Assembly: GCA_964270895.1 (NCBI GenBank)
Contig: OZ185436.1
Direction: 5' to 3' (one strand)
Source of the DNA: Podarcis filfolensis
Lineage: Eukaryota
DNA length: 64,000 bases
The translations under genes were made by a program, and so were the position numbers. Each line of letters begins with the position of its first letter. Position 1 is the first letter of the stretch. Positions 36,701 through 47,784 of this stretch are shown in pieces. The notes beneath the pieces were generated by a model. That model was not told the origin of the DNA. It saw nothing but the letters and a program-made list of their open reading frames with translations, and made no database searches.

Positions 36701-39700
36701 CCTTCAAAATATCTCTTGTGCTTTCCCTCCTGCTTCACATTAAGTAATCTGCCACTTTTTGGTAAATAGCAGGCAGGAATCGTCTTCTGCTTGGCTCTCC
36801 AGTATGAATTGTGAGCTGTCACAAGTGGCAGGACACATCAAATGTTTCATTAGCCGTGCAGCAGAGATATTTGTGCTCCTCCTGCCTGCTTGGCAGTCTG
36901 TGCCCATTAAAAATTAAATAAAGCCCAGGCACATCTGCTGAATTTGGATACGTGCAAGGATGTGAATTCCTTTCTGCTCTGGTAGAGAACCAGCTGAAAT
37001 CACAATGAATAATGAATCTCTTTGCGCTAGGCAACTGGGGGTTTGTGCCACTATGCATTTATCATGTATTCCCCACTCCTCCCCATTATGTTACATTTTT
37101 AATCTTGTGCATCCATCAGCTGGCTTAAGCCATTTCAAAAATAGCTAAATAAACTTAGGATATTTGTCATTTTTCAGGAACAAATGCTGCCATTCTGTGA
37201 GACTTCTGTATGGCGAAAAGAATCCAGTATTTAGCTCCTGTTACTGTGAGAGCTCAGTCTGTCTGATGCTCTTTCCCGAAGCAAAGAGACGTTTCGTGCT
37301 TGCACAGAGTGCCTGCTTATTCAGGTCCTTAATTACAGAATACCTAGCATGTCATTATTGCAGTCAAGGTTATTGATTTGCTGGCTTGATTTTATTCATT
37401 TACTTGAACACATAGTGCAACCTGCTCCAAGGGTTTAGCTAGTAGGATTGCAGAAGCAAAATTGTGATGATACGTGTTGCAGAGGCTCATGATCTAAAGA
37501 GGACTAAGAGAGGCCAAAAAGGGATAATAGCAATATGCATTTATGTTGTAATTGAACTGATGCAGATGTGTGTGTTATATTGTCATTCTAGTGGGCCCAA
37601 GCACCAAAGGAGATTACTCTAGAAAGGAGGTGACGAGAAGATGAAGGGAGGAATTACTAGGACTATATTTTTCTTAATTGATTGCTAGGTCCTTGGGAGA
37701 AGCTCAGGAATCTCCTTCCCCTGCTTCCCAATTTGAAACTCAAAGCAGTTCTGTAAAGTAGGTCAGGCTGAATGATAGCGACATTGGATGCGTGGGGGGG
37801 GGGGGCGAGTGAGTATTTTAACCCAGGTATTTCCAGTCTTAGTATGACACTCTCATGACTGGCTCAGCATCAGCATCTTTGAATAATGGAACCGGGAGTA
37901 TAATGGGGAGGGAGAAGGAATTCATCTGTAGGGGCATCAGGGAAGTGTGTCAGGAGACTTTCTGCAGGATCAAAGGAATACAGTAACAGGAATGAGGCAG
38001 GCTAAGGCATTGCTAGCTTAAACCTCATAGGAAGATGTTTGCATTTGCAAATAACCTTATTAGCTTACTTGGGCCTAACTCAGAAGAAGCTGCTGATTTT
38101 GGCACTTTGAGAAAGTGTATTGTATTTAACTTATTTCCTATTTTTAATTATGTGTATGGTAATCCGCAGGTGTTGAGGATAAGGAAAACTGGCATGGCAA
38201 ACCTCTTCCCAGAAACATGGCTGAGCAAGTCATTTCAGAGATTGATGATAGAATCCAGAACAAGAAAAAGCTTTTTCCAGCCCTTCCGCAAGAAGATGCA
38301 CCAGTTGTCAGTATCAGAAATGTCAAGATGCCTTCACCACCAAATTACAAGTTGGGAGAGAAGGTATGATGGTCTTTCTCTGTTCTCCTCAAGCAATTCT
38401 AGCTTAGGTTTATATTTGTGATTGGAAAGGTGCTTTTGCTCACTATTCTGGGAACTGCGTTTTTTATGGAGCTGATTAATAAGAATAAACAATTTTCAGT
38501 CCAGAATTCTGTAAAATATTCCAGATGACATTCAGCCGCCTACTCAGTGGAGTTCCAATTGTAATTAATTCATCATAGTAGCAGAATGCCCATTCAAAAT
38601 GTCACACCTTTTGGGAGAAGAGTAAACGCTATTTCAAACTATTGAAGATGAGCCATACTTGATCTTGTACATGTGAGTCTCAAAGCAAATGTTTTACTTC
38701 ATGCCTGTTTAAAAGGCTAGGCCATAATTCTAGTGAGTCACTTCTAAGGTAACTGCTAAGAATGGGACTTGTGGAGCCATCACACATGAGATGCCTTGCG
38801 CATTCAGGATGGCTGCAAGTGAAGGCTGCAGGTCCCTACTTCAGACTGGAAGGGATCCTGATCAAATTTGGTTGCCATTTCTAGACCCAGGCAGACTTCT
38901 TGTTTCTTTAAGAATGAACCAGGTAGAGAGTTTGCCTGTCCCTCTTGTCTAGTAGTGGCAAAGTCACATGACTGGCCAGTTGTCTCCTTCACCTGCTGTG
39001 ATGCAGAGCAAGTTATAGCTGTCAGGCAGCTGAACTAATGCAGCAAATGGGAGAAGAAAAGGAAGACTTACCAGTCTCTCTCCCTGTCCTCAGATTTGAA
39101 GAGCATGGAAATCTTACCTGAGCCTGCAGACAAAAACCTTATGGAAACTCTTAGATGCCAAAGCAAACAGAGACAGAAGGAGAAACTCATGGAAGGGTGG
39201 TTTGGGGTTTCCACTTCTCTAGGGAAGCGCTGGTTGTGTTCCCATGTCTAGCTTTTAGTCAAGTAAAGGACAACACTGCACTTGGTGTGACCGTATGAGG
39301 ACAACCTGGCTTCTCTCAGCACAGTTTCCCCTGAGGCCTTTTCCTAGGTCTTTCTACTTCAGCTGTGATGTGTTTGATGACTAGAGGCATAAAGACCCTT
39401 GTACTACTAGCACAACACCAGAAAGCTTGAAGTTAACCAGGATTGCAAGGACATATTATAGATGCTTCAGTTAGCTATGACAATCTTTATGCTTAGGATC
39501 AGAATGGTAAACATTTAAAATGTTGGCTGTAAGTATAAGGTATTGATGTGACATACTATAACATACGGGGGAGCATTAGAGATTCTTTGAAACTCTTCAG
39601 TGTAATATTGGTCATGCAGAGTTTTGTCTTGGACTCATTTTCGAAGGTTTTTATTTCTGAGATTTGCAATTGCAGCATAACAGAATAATTGAACATAATG

Positions 39701-42700
39701 AAAACAGGGCATCGATGTCCTTTTCCTCTCCACAGTTTGCTACTCGCAAAGCTTATGGCTTGGCCCTTGCCAAACTGGGCCATGCCTGTGACCGTGTGGT
39801 TGCTTTGGATGGGGATACCAAAAATTCCACTTTCTCTGAGCTTTTCAAAAAAGAGCACCCCAGCCGTTTCATTGAATGCTACATCGCTGAACAAAACATG
39901 GTAAGGTGGTTTGTTTGGGTGCTTCTTCATTTGTTTCTTCCTTCAAACTAAGCAGGGGTTTTTTGGGATAAATTCTCACTCTCATAATTAAACCATTGCC
40001 ATTACCCTACCTTTATAAATAAGGTTTCGTATTCAACTAAGTCATCCTTGAAGTACAATAGACTTAAGTTAGTGCTGTCTGTTGATTTTGGTGACTCTGC
40101 TCTGAAGATGACTTGGTTAGATACAATGTCCTAAAGAGCTTAGAGCAGTGGTTCCCAACCTTTTGAGGGGGGCATGCCCCACCTAAACATCTCTAAAATC
40201 CTGATCCTCCCCAGTGACATATAATTCTTATTACTGTATTCAAAAAGAGAACTCCTATTCACGTGGAGGAAGCTAAAAGGTCATTAACTTGGTCTAACTC
40301 ATTCTCGAATTGCCCCCCTTAAAAATCAAATTGCCCCCTGTGGGGCGTGTGACCCATGTTGGGAACCACGGGCTTAGGGTTTCTAGGTGCACTGCAACAT
40401 GCAACGGCTAGGTTGATTCAAGGGCACATTTCATAGTGCATCAGCCCCATAGTTCTCCTCCTCTTTCAGCCCCATAGTTAACCACCTCTTTCCCTCCCAC
40501 CTCTTTCAGAGCATCTCCTGCCCTGTTTCTCCTTTCCCTCAGGCCTTGGACAGCTTGCTGCTGCTCTCCCTATATCCAGCCTACCATTGTCAGAGAGCTT
40601 CTGCTTCAGAGCTCTGCAGATCAGGCTGCTGCAACCAGAGCCATTACTTCCAGATTCTTGAGGAGCTTAAGCACATTTCGTGCACCACAAACATGTGCAC
40701 GAGAGCAGGTTGCACTGCTATGATCATTCTGTCGGCACATGTAACTCTTATTTCCTTTCCCACTCCTCTATGCACTCCAGCTCTATTAGTCAAGTAGTGA
40801 CGTAGCAATTGGACCAAGAGCATGGAGACCAAGTTCATTCATCCATTAAACTTACCAGCTGATCTTGAGTCACTCCCATCTTTCTCTACCTTGTTGTAAG
40901 GATAACATAGGGAGAAGGGAAGAGCTTTGTATACTGCCCTGAACTTCTCCTCGGAGGAAGAATATAAATATATAAAACGTGTATCGTTTATATAGGCATA
41001 AAACATTTAGCTAACTCAGCATGTAGCACTCACATTTTGCTGGAACTGGTTAATCTGCTCTTCCCCTCCCTCCCCACATTACAGGTGAGCGTTGGCGTTG
41101 GTTGTGCAACCCGGGACAGAAACATTGTGTTTGCCAGCACCTTTGCCACATTTTACACCAGGGCATATGATCAGATCCGCATGGCAGCAATTTCCGAGAG
41201 CAACATCAACCTCTGTGGATCTCACTGCGGTGTATCCATTGGTAAGCATCTTTAAATTTATTCAGCAGATTGCCTTAGTCTCCCAGATGCAGGCACACAG
41301 ACAGCTCATAAAACTAAGGGGCATGGTTAAAGTTTTAACTCCATACGAGTTTGAAACAAATATTCAAATCTAAACTTTGCTTTACCCGTGAAGTGGAAGT
41401 AATTTCAAAATACTGTTTTGAATCTCTCCCCCCCTACCTTATTATCGTAGTCTACAGATTTTATTCTCTGCTTTTTATTTGATATCACTTGTTGCATCAT
41501 AGAGGAAATGAGGCTTGTAAAACTGATGGTCTGCTAAGTCCTTTGACCAAAGTGTACTTTACAAACCTCACATAGTTGATCTGCCTACAATAGACATTCC
41601 ATGTATACATTAGAGACAAATAAAGTGAGTTTTGGATGTATCAGAGAGTGTTCCAACATGTGCTAGAAAATGCTGTGTATTCTCATTTAGTTCCAAATGA
41701 CCATTACACTTTACCATTGTGTCAACGTGCAGTACGCTCTGGCTATACCCAACAAAATTAAAACAGCAAAGCAAGCTTTTCCCCCAAGCTTTTATTCTAT
41801 TATTGCTATATGGATAATGACCTTGTTTGTACATAATACTAAACCAGACTATGACTTAGCAAGAATAAGCAAGCATGTGGGTGCCCAGCATGAAAACTGA
41901 TGCACTTTGTCATTCCCCTGGTTCTGCTGCACTGCCATGAGCCAAATACATGCTTTAATTTAGCATTTTGTGTAAACTTATGCTTGTGGTTCGTCTCTCT
42001 CCCAAGAAACCAGAGTTTATACCAAGCAAAAACCTTGGTTATTTGGGGGAGACAAGCCTCAAGTCTGTGTTCAAATGTAACCCTAAGCCAAACCCAGGTT
42101 TAGCTACAAGCAATGCAATAGCATGACCAGAGATAAGCAAAGTAGCCATAATTTTTACTCTGGGTACCTGCATGCTTGCTCGTTCTGGCCAAGACATAAT
42201 TTGCCTTAGGGGTGTGTGCAAATTGGGTTATTATGAACAGTGTTTTGTCTGATAGATGTGAGTATAAATCACCTTTGCCAGCAGCTGCCAAATCTTTGGG
42301 AGCAATATTGTTCCTTCATAGCTCATTGACAAAGTGTATGGTTCAGTAATGATACCATACTAAAAGCTGATTAGAACTGCAAGTGGCTTATCACAAATTT
42401 CTTCTTAAATCTGAGCTTTGGAAAGCACAGTGGAAGTTTCCTTATTGGCTTAAGTATTGCTCATGCTGCACTCAGAGTTTGCACTGGAAATGTAAGCAGT
42501 GAAGCCTGAACAGCTTGGCAGTGGTTCAGGAATTTTCAGCTTGGGCTTTGCTATACTTGTCTCTCAGTGCTGTCGCATGTTCAGGTTGCTCGCTTTAGCC
42601 ATTAATTAGCCTCAAGATTCTTTCTAACACCACTTGCCACTTGTGCTTCTCTTCAAAGAATTTCCAGTTGCTTCTTCGACAGTACAGTGAAGCCCTCTTT

Positions 42701-45700
42701 TAAGTACAGGTGCCGGTGTATATTTCAGTGCACACATTCTATTACTGTTTGTAGGGTGGGACATGTGCTTTTGTTTTTTGCACATGCCAAGATCTTATTT
42801 CAGTAGAACTCTCACAGCCATCAGGATAAAAGCTTTGCCTACTTCTGAAGTGTGTGTTTGTATGTAGGAGGCTGCAGGTTCAATCCTTGCCCTTATCAGG
42901 AATGGGATCTTAAGTTCCAATGATGAGAGAAACCTCTACCCCCTCAAGTTTATTAAAATGCAGAGATGCACAACCGACTGGGGCTTTTTGGGGTCCTTGA
43001 CTAAATAGGTATATATATAAAGGATGTGGTAGTGCCATTTCCGTAACTCTTACTGCATCCTGTGTGGCAATTGTACTGAAACAGGAAGCAAACACTATTC
43101 CACATTTTTAAAAAATGACTTTGGAGTGGCCCTCTGGCTGCTTTTTAAGGCAGACAGTGTTCACAGGTCAGTTCAACCAAGTAGAAGTTGGAAAAAATGC
43201 ACTCAGTTCTTCTAACTGGTTTCCTGTAAATACTTTTCTACCAGAAGGGCACAAGTGCATCCACAGCTTTTCCTACTGCTGGCCCTGGAGGAATTAGAAC
43301 TGTGCCATTCACTGCTCTACACACCCACACCCACACACCCAAATATATCCCTAATTATAATGCATCTCTCTGTGGGTTTCATTAAGCAATCTTTGCTGAA
43401 AAGTAAGCTTCTTATGAGCTTCAAGTGCCCCCTCCCAGGATGGGACATTCTGATAGAATCATGAATTATTCTGTGTTCCACCAATAATTGAGACATACCT
43501 ACTGTCACCTTGTACATTTTTCTTTTGCCAGTTGGCTAAAATCGTGTATTTATTTCCTTTCATTTCTGTACTCATGTATGTAGCCCTATATCCCTTTTCC
43601 TTCTCCTTTTGCCTCTGTGGGTAGTGGTGATTTAGTTTCAGCTTTATTGTTTTAGTTACCATTTACGTCTGCATTTTTCCATGATTTTTCTTTATAACCC
43701 TAGTTTTCTTTCTTTTTAGTTTCCTTCTATCTTCTTTCTTTGCTATTTCCAAGTTTAAGCAGAAGAGGGTAGGTAGCCTTCCATGTCCTGTGAGTGCCTT
43801 ATATTTATTTTGGATGCCTTTTGTTTTAAGAAGTATACAGAGAAGTTTGTTCACTTTTCGACACTGATATTTTTCTTTCATCCCCCGCCCCTAAACCATC
43901 TCTTTTCTAGGTGAAGATGGACCTTCACAGATGGGGCTGGAAGATCTGTGCATGTTCCGTGCCATTCCTAATTCAACTGTATTTTACCCTAGTGATGCTG
44001 TATCCACTGAAAAGGCAGTAGAATTGGCTGCAAATACAAAGGTATGCAACTCTTCCGCAGTGTACTTGCTTGGGAGTTTTAGAGCAGGGGTGGGGAACCT
44101 GCTGGCCCTCCCCATTTGGCCGGCAAGCTCGTATGACATCAGATGGAGGATAGGTAACGTTGGGACACCTCATTGTGCAGCACTTCCCGAGTGCAGTGGG
44201 CATTAGGAAGGAAATGTGCAAGGGACTTTTGACAGGCGTCAATCGCCTGGCATCCTCATGACATCAGATGATTGACAGTTGCTGCATAGGGATGGGGAAA
44301 AGATAAGGATCTGGCCCATTACTGCCTCCAGATCTGAAGTTTGCTCTCTTCTGTTGCAAAGGCATATAGGGAAGGGTGCCCATTGCTGTGAATTTGTCAG
44401 AGTTTCATTGTTGGTTGGCTGTTTATTCCATTCCATTTATACCCCTATTTTCTTCTGTCATGGAACCCAAGGTGTCATGCTTATAATACCTGGGTGATCA
44501 CCCATCCAGAACTAGACACACTCAGCTAGTTTTAGTGTTTGGATTTTTAAATGTTTTTTTTCTGTTTTGAAGTTTAATTCCATGGGCTATTGTGGGTGTT
44601 ACAATCTATCCTGTGTTCATTTTGAAAACAGGGCATCTGTTTCATACGAACCAGTCGTCCAGAAAATGCTGTGATCTATGGCAGCAATGAGGATTTCCAT
44701 GTTGGACAAGCCAAGGTGAGCGCCATTTTGAAAGTTGCTAAAAGACTTGAACTACAAGAACGTAGTCATTGAACATAGTGATTATTACTAGCTTTTTTCC
44801 AGTAAATCTAGAACTTTCTCTAATTCTTTGTTTTACTGTTGTTATCAGGTGGTATTCAAGAGCAAAGATGACCAGGTCACGGTTATTGGAGCAGGAGTAA
44901 CTCTGCACGAGGCACTGGCTGCAGCTGAGCAACTGAAGAGAGGTGATTACACCAAACTCTTTTGAGAAATGCACACCAGCCATCTTGTAGGGAAGAACAT
45001 GAGGGCTATAAAGGGGGAGGGATAGGAAATTCTTTAGAAGTGTAATCTAATTACTACACCTTCCCTTGGAGCCTTAAGTCTATTTTAAAAAAAACACAAG
45101 AAAAAAGTTAGTTTAATATATAAAATCAAACCCAAACATGTACCTTATCTGTAGCAATGTAGCCCTGGTACGAACAATAGAGACTTGAAATGTGATATGG
45201 ATTTGCATGGCCTCTCTTCCTTGTGAATTTCCATGGTTTGTTTAACAATGGTGTAACATTACGCCACTAACATCACTGTTAAGAATAGCTAACTAGATTC
45301 CCATTTGACAGGGACTGGTGAATCTGATGCAAACTGGTTCTAAACACTTGAGGTCACCCTGGTTCGGAGTAACTATGATCAGCCTCAATGCAGTGCATGT
45401 ACAAGACGAACTATGGATGAAAGGGAAGGAGGGAAAGGAGAAGTCAGTGAGCATGTGGTATATTGATTAGGAATATTGCATCTGCACAAGATCTTACTAG
45501 ATGGATAGTCCTGGATAAGTAAACCATGGTTTGTTTCACAGTAGATGAAATGTCGTCTTTCCAGAAACATATAGGTTGCACCATACCTGAACACTTTCAG
45601 TTACAGGCTACCTAACTGGCAGTAGGTCGCATATTCCCATCCTCATTTTGCTCCTTGAAACACATGTGTTGCTACTCATTTCACTGCAGATATCATTTTA

Positions 45701-47653
45701 GTATCGGAAGTGTACTGGGCCATGATTATCCAAGACTATTGGCATTCTCCAACATAACCTTTGGTGGAATAAAGGAAATCTCACTATTGAGAAGTCCACA
45801 AGATGATAGTACTAATAAGCTAATGCAATTATAGCCATTGGATAAATGAGCAGGCAGCTGTGCTTTAAGAAGACTGAAGTTGAATGATGACCTTGTGCTA
45901 TCTAGTTCTTTAGATATTCCATAAGCTAGCTTCTGGGTGGCTTAATTCTTCTGGAGATCAATTATCATAGTAAAGGTCCTTGGAAGTGGGTTATGAGTGC
46001 CCTCATTCTAGGGAATGACAAAACGAGAAAGTAAGGCTTACGCTTACTTATCAGTGAGCTTGTTTTTGACTTATATTCTGGCCATTCTTAGAACCAGATA
46101 CTTAGTGGTTTCAAAACCCCCATTGGGATGCTTTAATAAATGTGTATGAAACGTTAAACATTAGCGAGTCCCCTCTCCTGTGTTTTGTTGAGCCACATGC
46201 TCTGGGGCATAATTCTGTTCCCATTCTTTTTCTCAGAAAAAGTTTCCATCAGAGTGATTGACCCTTTCACTATAAAACCTCTGGATAAGAAAACTATACT
46301 TGAAAACGCAAGAGCAACCAAAGGCAGAATTATCACTGTGGAAGACCATTACTATGAAGGTAGGTCAACACACATGATAACAAAGGAGAAAAATTCAGTA
46401 CTGTATATGCGTCTCTGCCATGGGTGTCCATTTTTTATTGTTTTTTAATTCCTCTTCTGTGCTATTTCCTAACTTTGGAGGGTTTTTTATATTTTGTATA
46501 TTGCATTGGACATACATGGAAGGTGATTAATAACGATGATGAGAAATACATGGACACTGATTATTTTCTAGTTCCTGTGCTTCAGCTCTACCTATACATG
46601 GTACAGACACCTAGAGAAATGAAAGAGATTTCTCTCATGACTATCCTAGCTTGACAATCCTAGCTTGGGTGTGCTCTTGCAACAGTTATACTGTTGGAGT
46701 TGCATTTCCTGCTGTTGTAGTGGAGCTGCTGACTCTCCAGATATTACTCTGTTATCCCTGACCATTAGTTGGTTGGGGCTGATGGGGGGTCCAACATCAT
46801 CTAATAAGCTATATATCTAAGACATTGTTTCCTCTATTTCAGATATTCAGGGTACGAGCGCCATTAGTTATATAGCCAAAATGGCACCATCCTCGCAGAA
46901 TGGGGAGGTATCAGGCTTGGGTGAACCCCAATGTTCCCATAAAAAAATTCTTTGGGGGGGGGGGAATAGCTAAGGAACCTCAAAGATGTCCATTGAGGAA
47001 TGAACAAGCTCATTGTGCTCAGAATGCTGATTGTTTGCTGTGGAGGGGCGGGGGAATGATATAATGGAATGGAATTTTTGTGGAGGAAAGCGTAGCTAAC
47101 TGGCTGGCTGGAACACTAAAAAAGGAGCACTCCACACTGCAACGTTTTACCACAGGTCCTCCTTTAGACATTTATAAAATATAATTTTTGTATCTCCTGT
47201 GTCTTCATGATCAACTACTCTACTTGGATGGCTTGTGTGGACTCTTGGAGATCAGCTGCCTTGATTGGGCATCAAAGCACTAATCTTCTTAGAAGAAAAA
47301 CTGTTTAGGCAAAAGCTTCTCATGGGACAAACAACTTTGCAACCTTTCCAATCCCGCTGAACTATCCAATTGTTTTCTTTGTAAGCAGCTTAATCCAGCT
47401 ATTTAAAAAGAAATAAAGCTTGTTAGCCTTGACTTATCATCCATTTGTATATTATCTTTCCCTAGGTGGCATTGGAGAAGCCGTTGCTGCGGCTGTGGTT
47501 GGAGAACCAGGGATCACAGTCTCTCGCTTGGCTGTGTCCCACATACCAAGAAGTGGAAAATCAGCTGAGCTGCTTAGGATGTTTGGCATCGATAAGGATG
47601 GCATCATCCAGGCTGTGAAGGTGGCAGTGTCCAAATCAAGGAATGCAGAGTAG
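12645..47653 (+). CDS. TKT: Transketolase, complete 14-exon gene; CDS 1884 nt, 627 aa
   Basis: 14 GT-AG exons (107,118,114,98,192,119,194,165,157,131,84,94,123,188 nt) join into one ORF. It has the ThDP motif GDGELSEG...DINRLGQ, catalytic Glu in ECYIAEQNM, and conserved His motifs HPTSC, GHAAP, GHPVP, WHGKP and SHCG. Confidence 0.98.
15679..15714. repeat. (TA)18 microsatellite
   Basis: Read directly. Confidence 0.95.
16370..17220 (+). mobile_element. Probable solo LTR (ERV/Gypsy-like) in TKT intron 1, sense orientation; ends uncertain
   Basis: CpG-rich island in an AT-rich intron, TATA-like cataaaaa at 16581-16588, AATAAA at 17100-17105 followed by GU-rich U5-like sequence, no coding capacity. 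A TG...CA end pair with a clean TSD could not be fixed. Confidence 0.55.
18267..18285 (+). promoter_or_regulatory. CTCF-binding motif
   Basis: TGGCCACCAGGGGGCGGGT; the first 16 nt are identical to the canonical consensus TGGCCACCAGGGGGCGCTA. Confidence 0.65.
18564..19167 (-). mobile_element. CR1 LINE 3' fragment
   Basis: Minus-strand [15 protein letters not shown]...[23 protein letters not shown] is the CR1 ORF2 C-terminus; tail ...ctataattctatg. Confidence 0.92.
21746..22103 (+). mobile_element. Full-length Sauria SINE (Squam1)
   Basis: Head gggacgcgggtggcgctgtgggttaaacc, B-box-like ggtttgaatccc, tail ggggtccctttacctttacct. TSD aagcctcatt/aagcctcact (21736-21745, 22104-22113). Confidence 0.95.
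22127..22670. mobile_element. Degenerate hAT-like non-autonomous element
   Basis: Imperfect TIRs caggagtgaggaacct / aggtttctccacacttg; flanking 8-mers match at only 5/8. Confidence 0.4.
24107..24224 (+). CDS. TKT: TKT exon 2 ([39 protein letters not shown])
   Basis: ttgcag|C ... AAG|gtaaga; 118 nt. Confidence 0.97.
25100..25200 (-). mobile_element. CR1-like LINE 3' tail fragment
   Basis: gctgcatcaagcaaaaatcccatctaccctagcatcctg...caaccagatgcc...aagcagaatatga, shared with 30275-30550 and 53598-53740. Confidence 0.5.
25286..25399 (+). CDS. TKT: TKT exon 3 ([15 protein letters not shown]...EGHPVP)
   Basis: tctag|G ... CCA|gtgagt; 114 nt. Confidence 0.97.
25673..25906 (+). mobile_element. 5'-truncated Sauria SINE
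   Basis: High identity to the copy at 21746. 13-bp TSD attaaaacaggct/attaaagcaggct (25660-25672, 25907-25919). Confidence 0.93.
27000..27097 (+). CDS. TKT: TKT exon 4 ([33 protein letters not shown])
   Basis: tttttag|A ... AG|gtatct; 98 nt. Confidence 0.97.
29666..29685 (-). promoter_or_regulatory. NRF2/sMAF antioxidant response element in TKT intron 4
   Basis: The minus strand reads TCACTGTGACTCAGCAAAAT, a full match to TMAnnRTGAYnnnGCRwwww. Confidence 0.6.
30275..30550 (-). mobile_element. CR1-like LINE 3' fragment
   Basis: Minus frame [27 protein letters not shown], typical of CR1 ORF2 ends. Confidence 0.8.
31241..31375. mobile_element. Palindromic hAT-like MITE
   Basis: caaacttgggtccc.gatgttgttggac ... 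gtccaacaacatctggggacccaagtttg arms. Confidence 0.8.
31419..31548. mobile_element. Older copy of the same palindromic MITE class
   Basis: cagtggtgggaaactt ... aagtttcctgcccctg ends; core agatgttgctggacta. Confidence 0.6.
32129..32320 (+). CDS. TKT: TKT exon 5 ([15 protein letters not shown]...KRCEAFG), ThDP-binding motif
   Basis: acgcag|C ... GG|gtatgt; 192 nt. Confidence 0.97.
32321..32351 (+). repeat. (GTAT)7GTA microsatellite starting at the TKT exon 5 donor GT
   Basis: Read directly; it ends in the TA duplication of the adjacent Tigger element. Confidence 0.95.
32352..33417. mobile_element. 1.07-kb GC-rich Tigger/mariner non-autonomous element with nested hairpins
   Basis: 22-bp TIRs (cagtggtgcctcgcaagacgaa / ttcgtcttgcggggcaccactg, 1 mismatch), TA TSDs, internal ~105-bp direct repeat (32648-32751, 32767-32870). 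Confidence 0.93.
34865..34983 (+). CDS. TKT: TKT exon 6 ([39 protein letters not shown])
   Basis: cctag|C ... CAG|gtgatg; 119 nt. Confidence 0.96.
35120..35305 (-). mobile_element. CORE-SINE (MIR/Ther1/Squam3-like) copy
   Basis: aatccttacagcaaccaccctg...ctgagactgaaagagtggtttgcctatggccacc...accactatgctacacc, a minus-strand tRNA-head CORE-SINE pattern. Confidence 0.7.
35325..35346. repeat. (AC)11 microsatellite, in the loop of a 47-bp inverted repeat
   Basis: Read directly. Confidence 0.92.
35719..35995. mobile_element. GC-rich hAT-like MITE
   Basis: Ends cagtggcatag / ctacatcaccg; 8-bp flanks gtgttggt / gcattggt. Confidence 0.7.
38170..38363 (+). CDS. TKT: TKT exon 7 ([14 protein letters not shown]...PNYKLGEK)
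   Basis: ccgcag|G ... AAG|gtatga; 194 nt. Confidence 0.96.
39736..39900 (+). CDS. TKT: TKT exon 8 (FATRKAYG...ECYIAEQNM)
   Basis: ctccacag|T ... ATG|gtaagg; 165 nt. Confidence 0.97.
40146..40371. mobile_element. hAT-Charlie-like MITE
   Basis: TIRs cagtggttcccaac / gttgggaaccacgg; 8-bp TSD gcttagag/gcttaggg. Confidence 0.88.
41085..41241 (+). CDS. TKT: TKT exon 9 ([12 protein letters not shown]...GSHCGVSI)
   Basis: ttacag|G ... TTG|gtaagc; 157 nt. Confidence 0.97.
43911..44041 (+). CDS. TKT: TKT exon 10 ([17 protein letters not shown]...ELAANTK)
   Basis: ttttctag|G ... AAG|gtatgc; 131 nt. Confidence 0.97.
44632..44715 (+). CDS. TKT: TKT exon 11 ([28 protein letters not shown])
   Basis: aaaacag|G ... 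AAG|gtgagc; 84 nt. Confidence 0.96.
44849..44942 (+). CDS. TKT: TKT exon 12 ([31 protein letters not shown])
   Basis: ttatcag|G ... GAG|gtgatt; 94 nt. Confidence 0.96.
46237..46359 (+). CDS. TKT: TKT exon 13 ([17 protein letters not shown]...VEDHYYE)
   Basis: tttctcag|A ... AAG|gtaggt; 123 nt. Confidence 0.97.
47466..47653 (+). CDS. TKT: TKT exon 14 coding part ([16 protein letters not shown]...VSKSRNAE*)
   Basis: tccctag|G; stop TAG at 47651-47653. Confidence 0.97.
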
Positions 47654-47778
47654 TTTGTGTTGTACACCCATTGTGTTCTGGGGGCAGTGTTTTGGGATAA
47701 GGATGGTTAAAAAAAACCAAACACTGTAGCTTTCAAACAGGGTTGAAATTATATGCAGAGTTTTAATGGAAGAATTCT

Positions 47779-47784
47779 AATAAA
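47779..47784 (+). terminator. TKT polyadenylation signal
   Basis: AATAAA 125 nt after the stop, followed by U/GU-rich sequence (gtcatgttttctgttttg). Confidence 0.75.

Noticed and set aside
43500-43880. Long T/pyrimidine-rich tract before TKT exon 10 with Lys-rich minus-strand ORFs
   Set aside because: Possibly a decayed antisense L1-like fragment, but no diagnostic motif could be read; not called.
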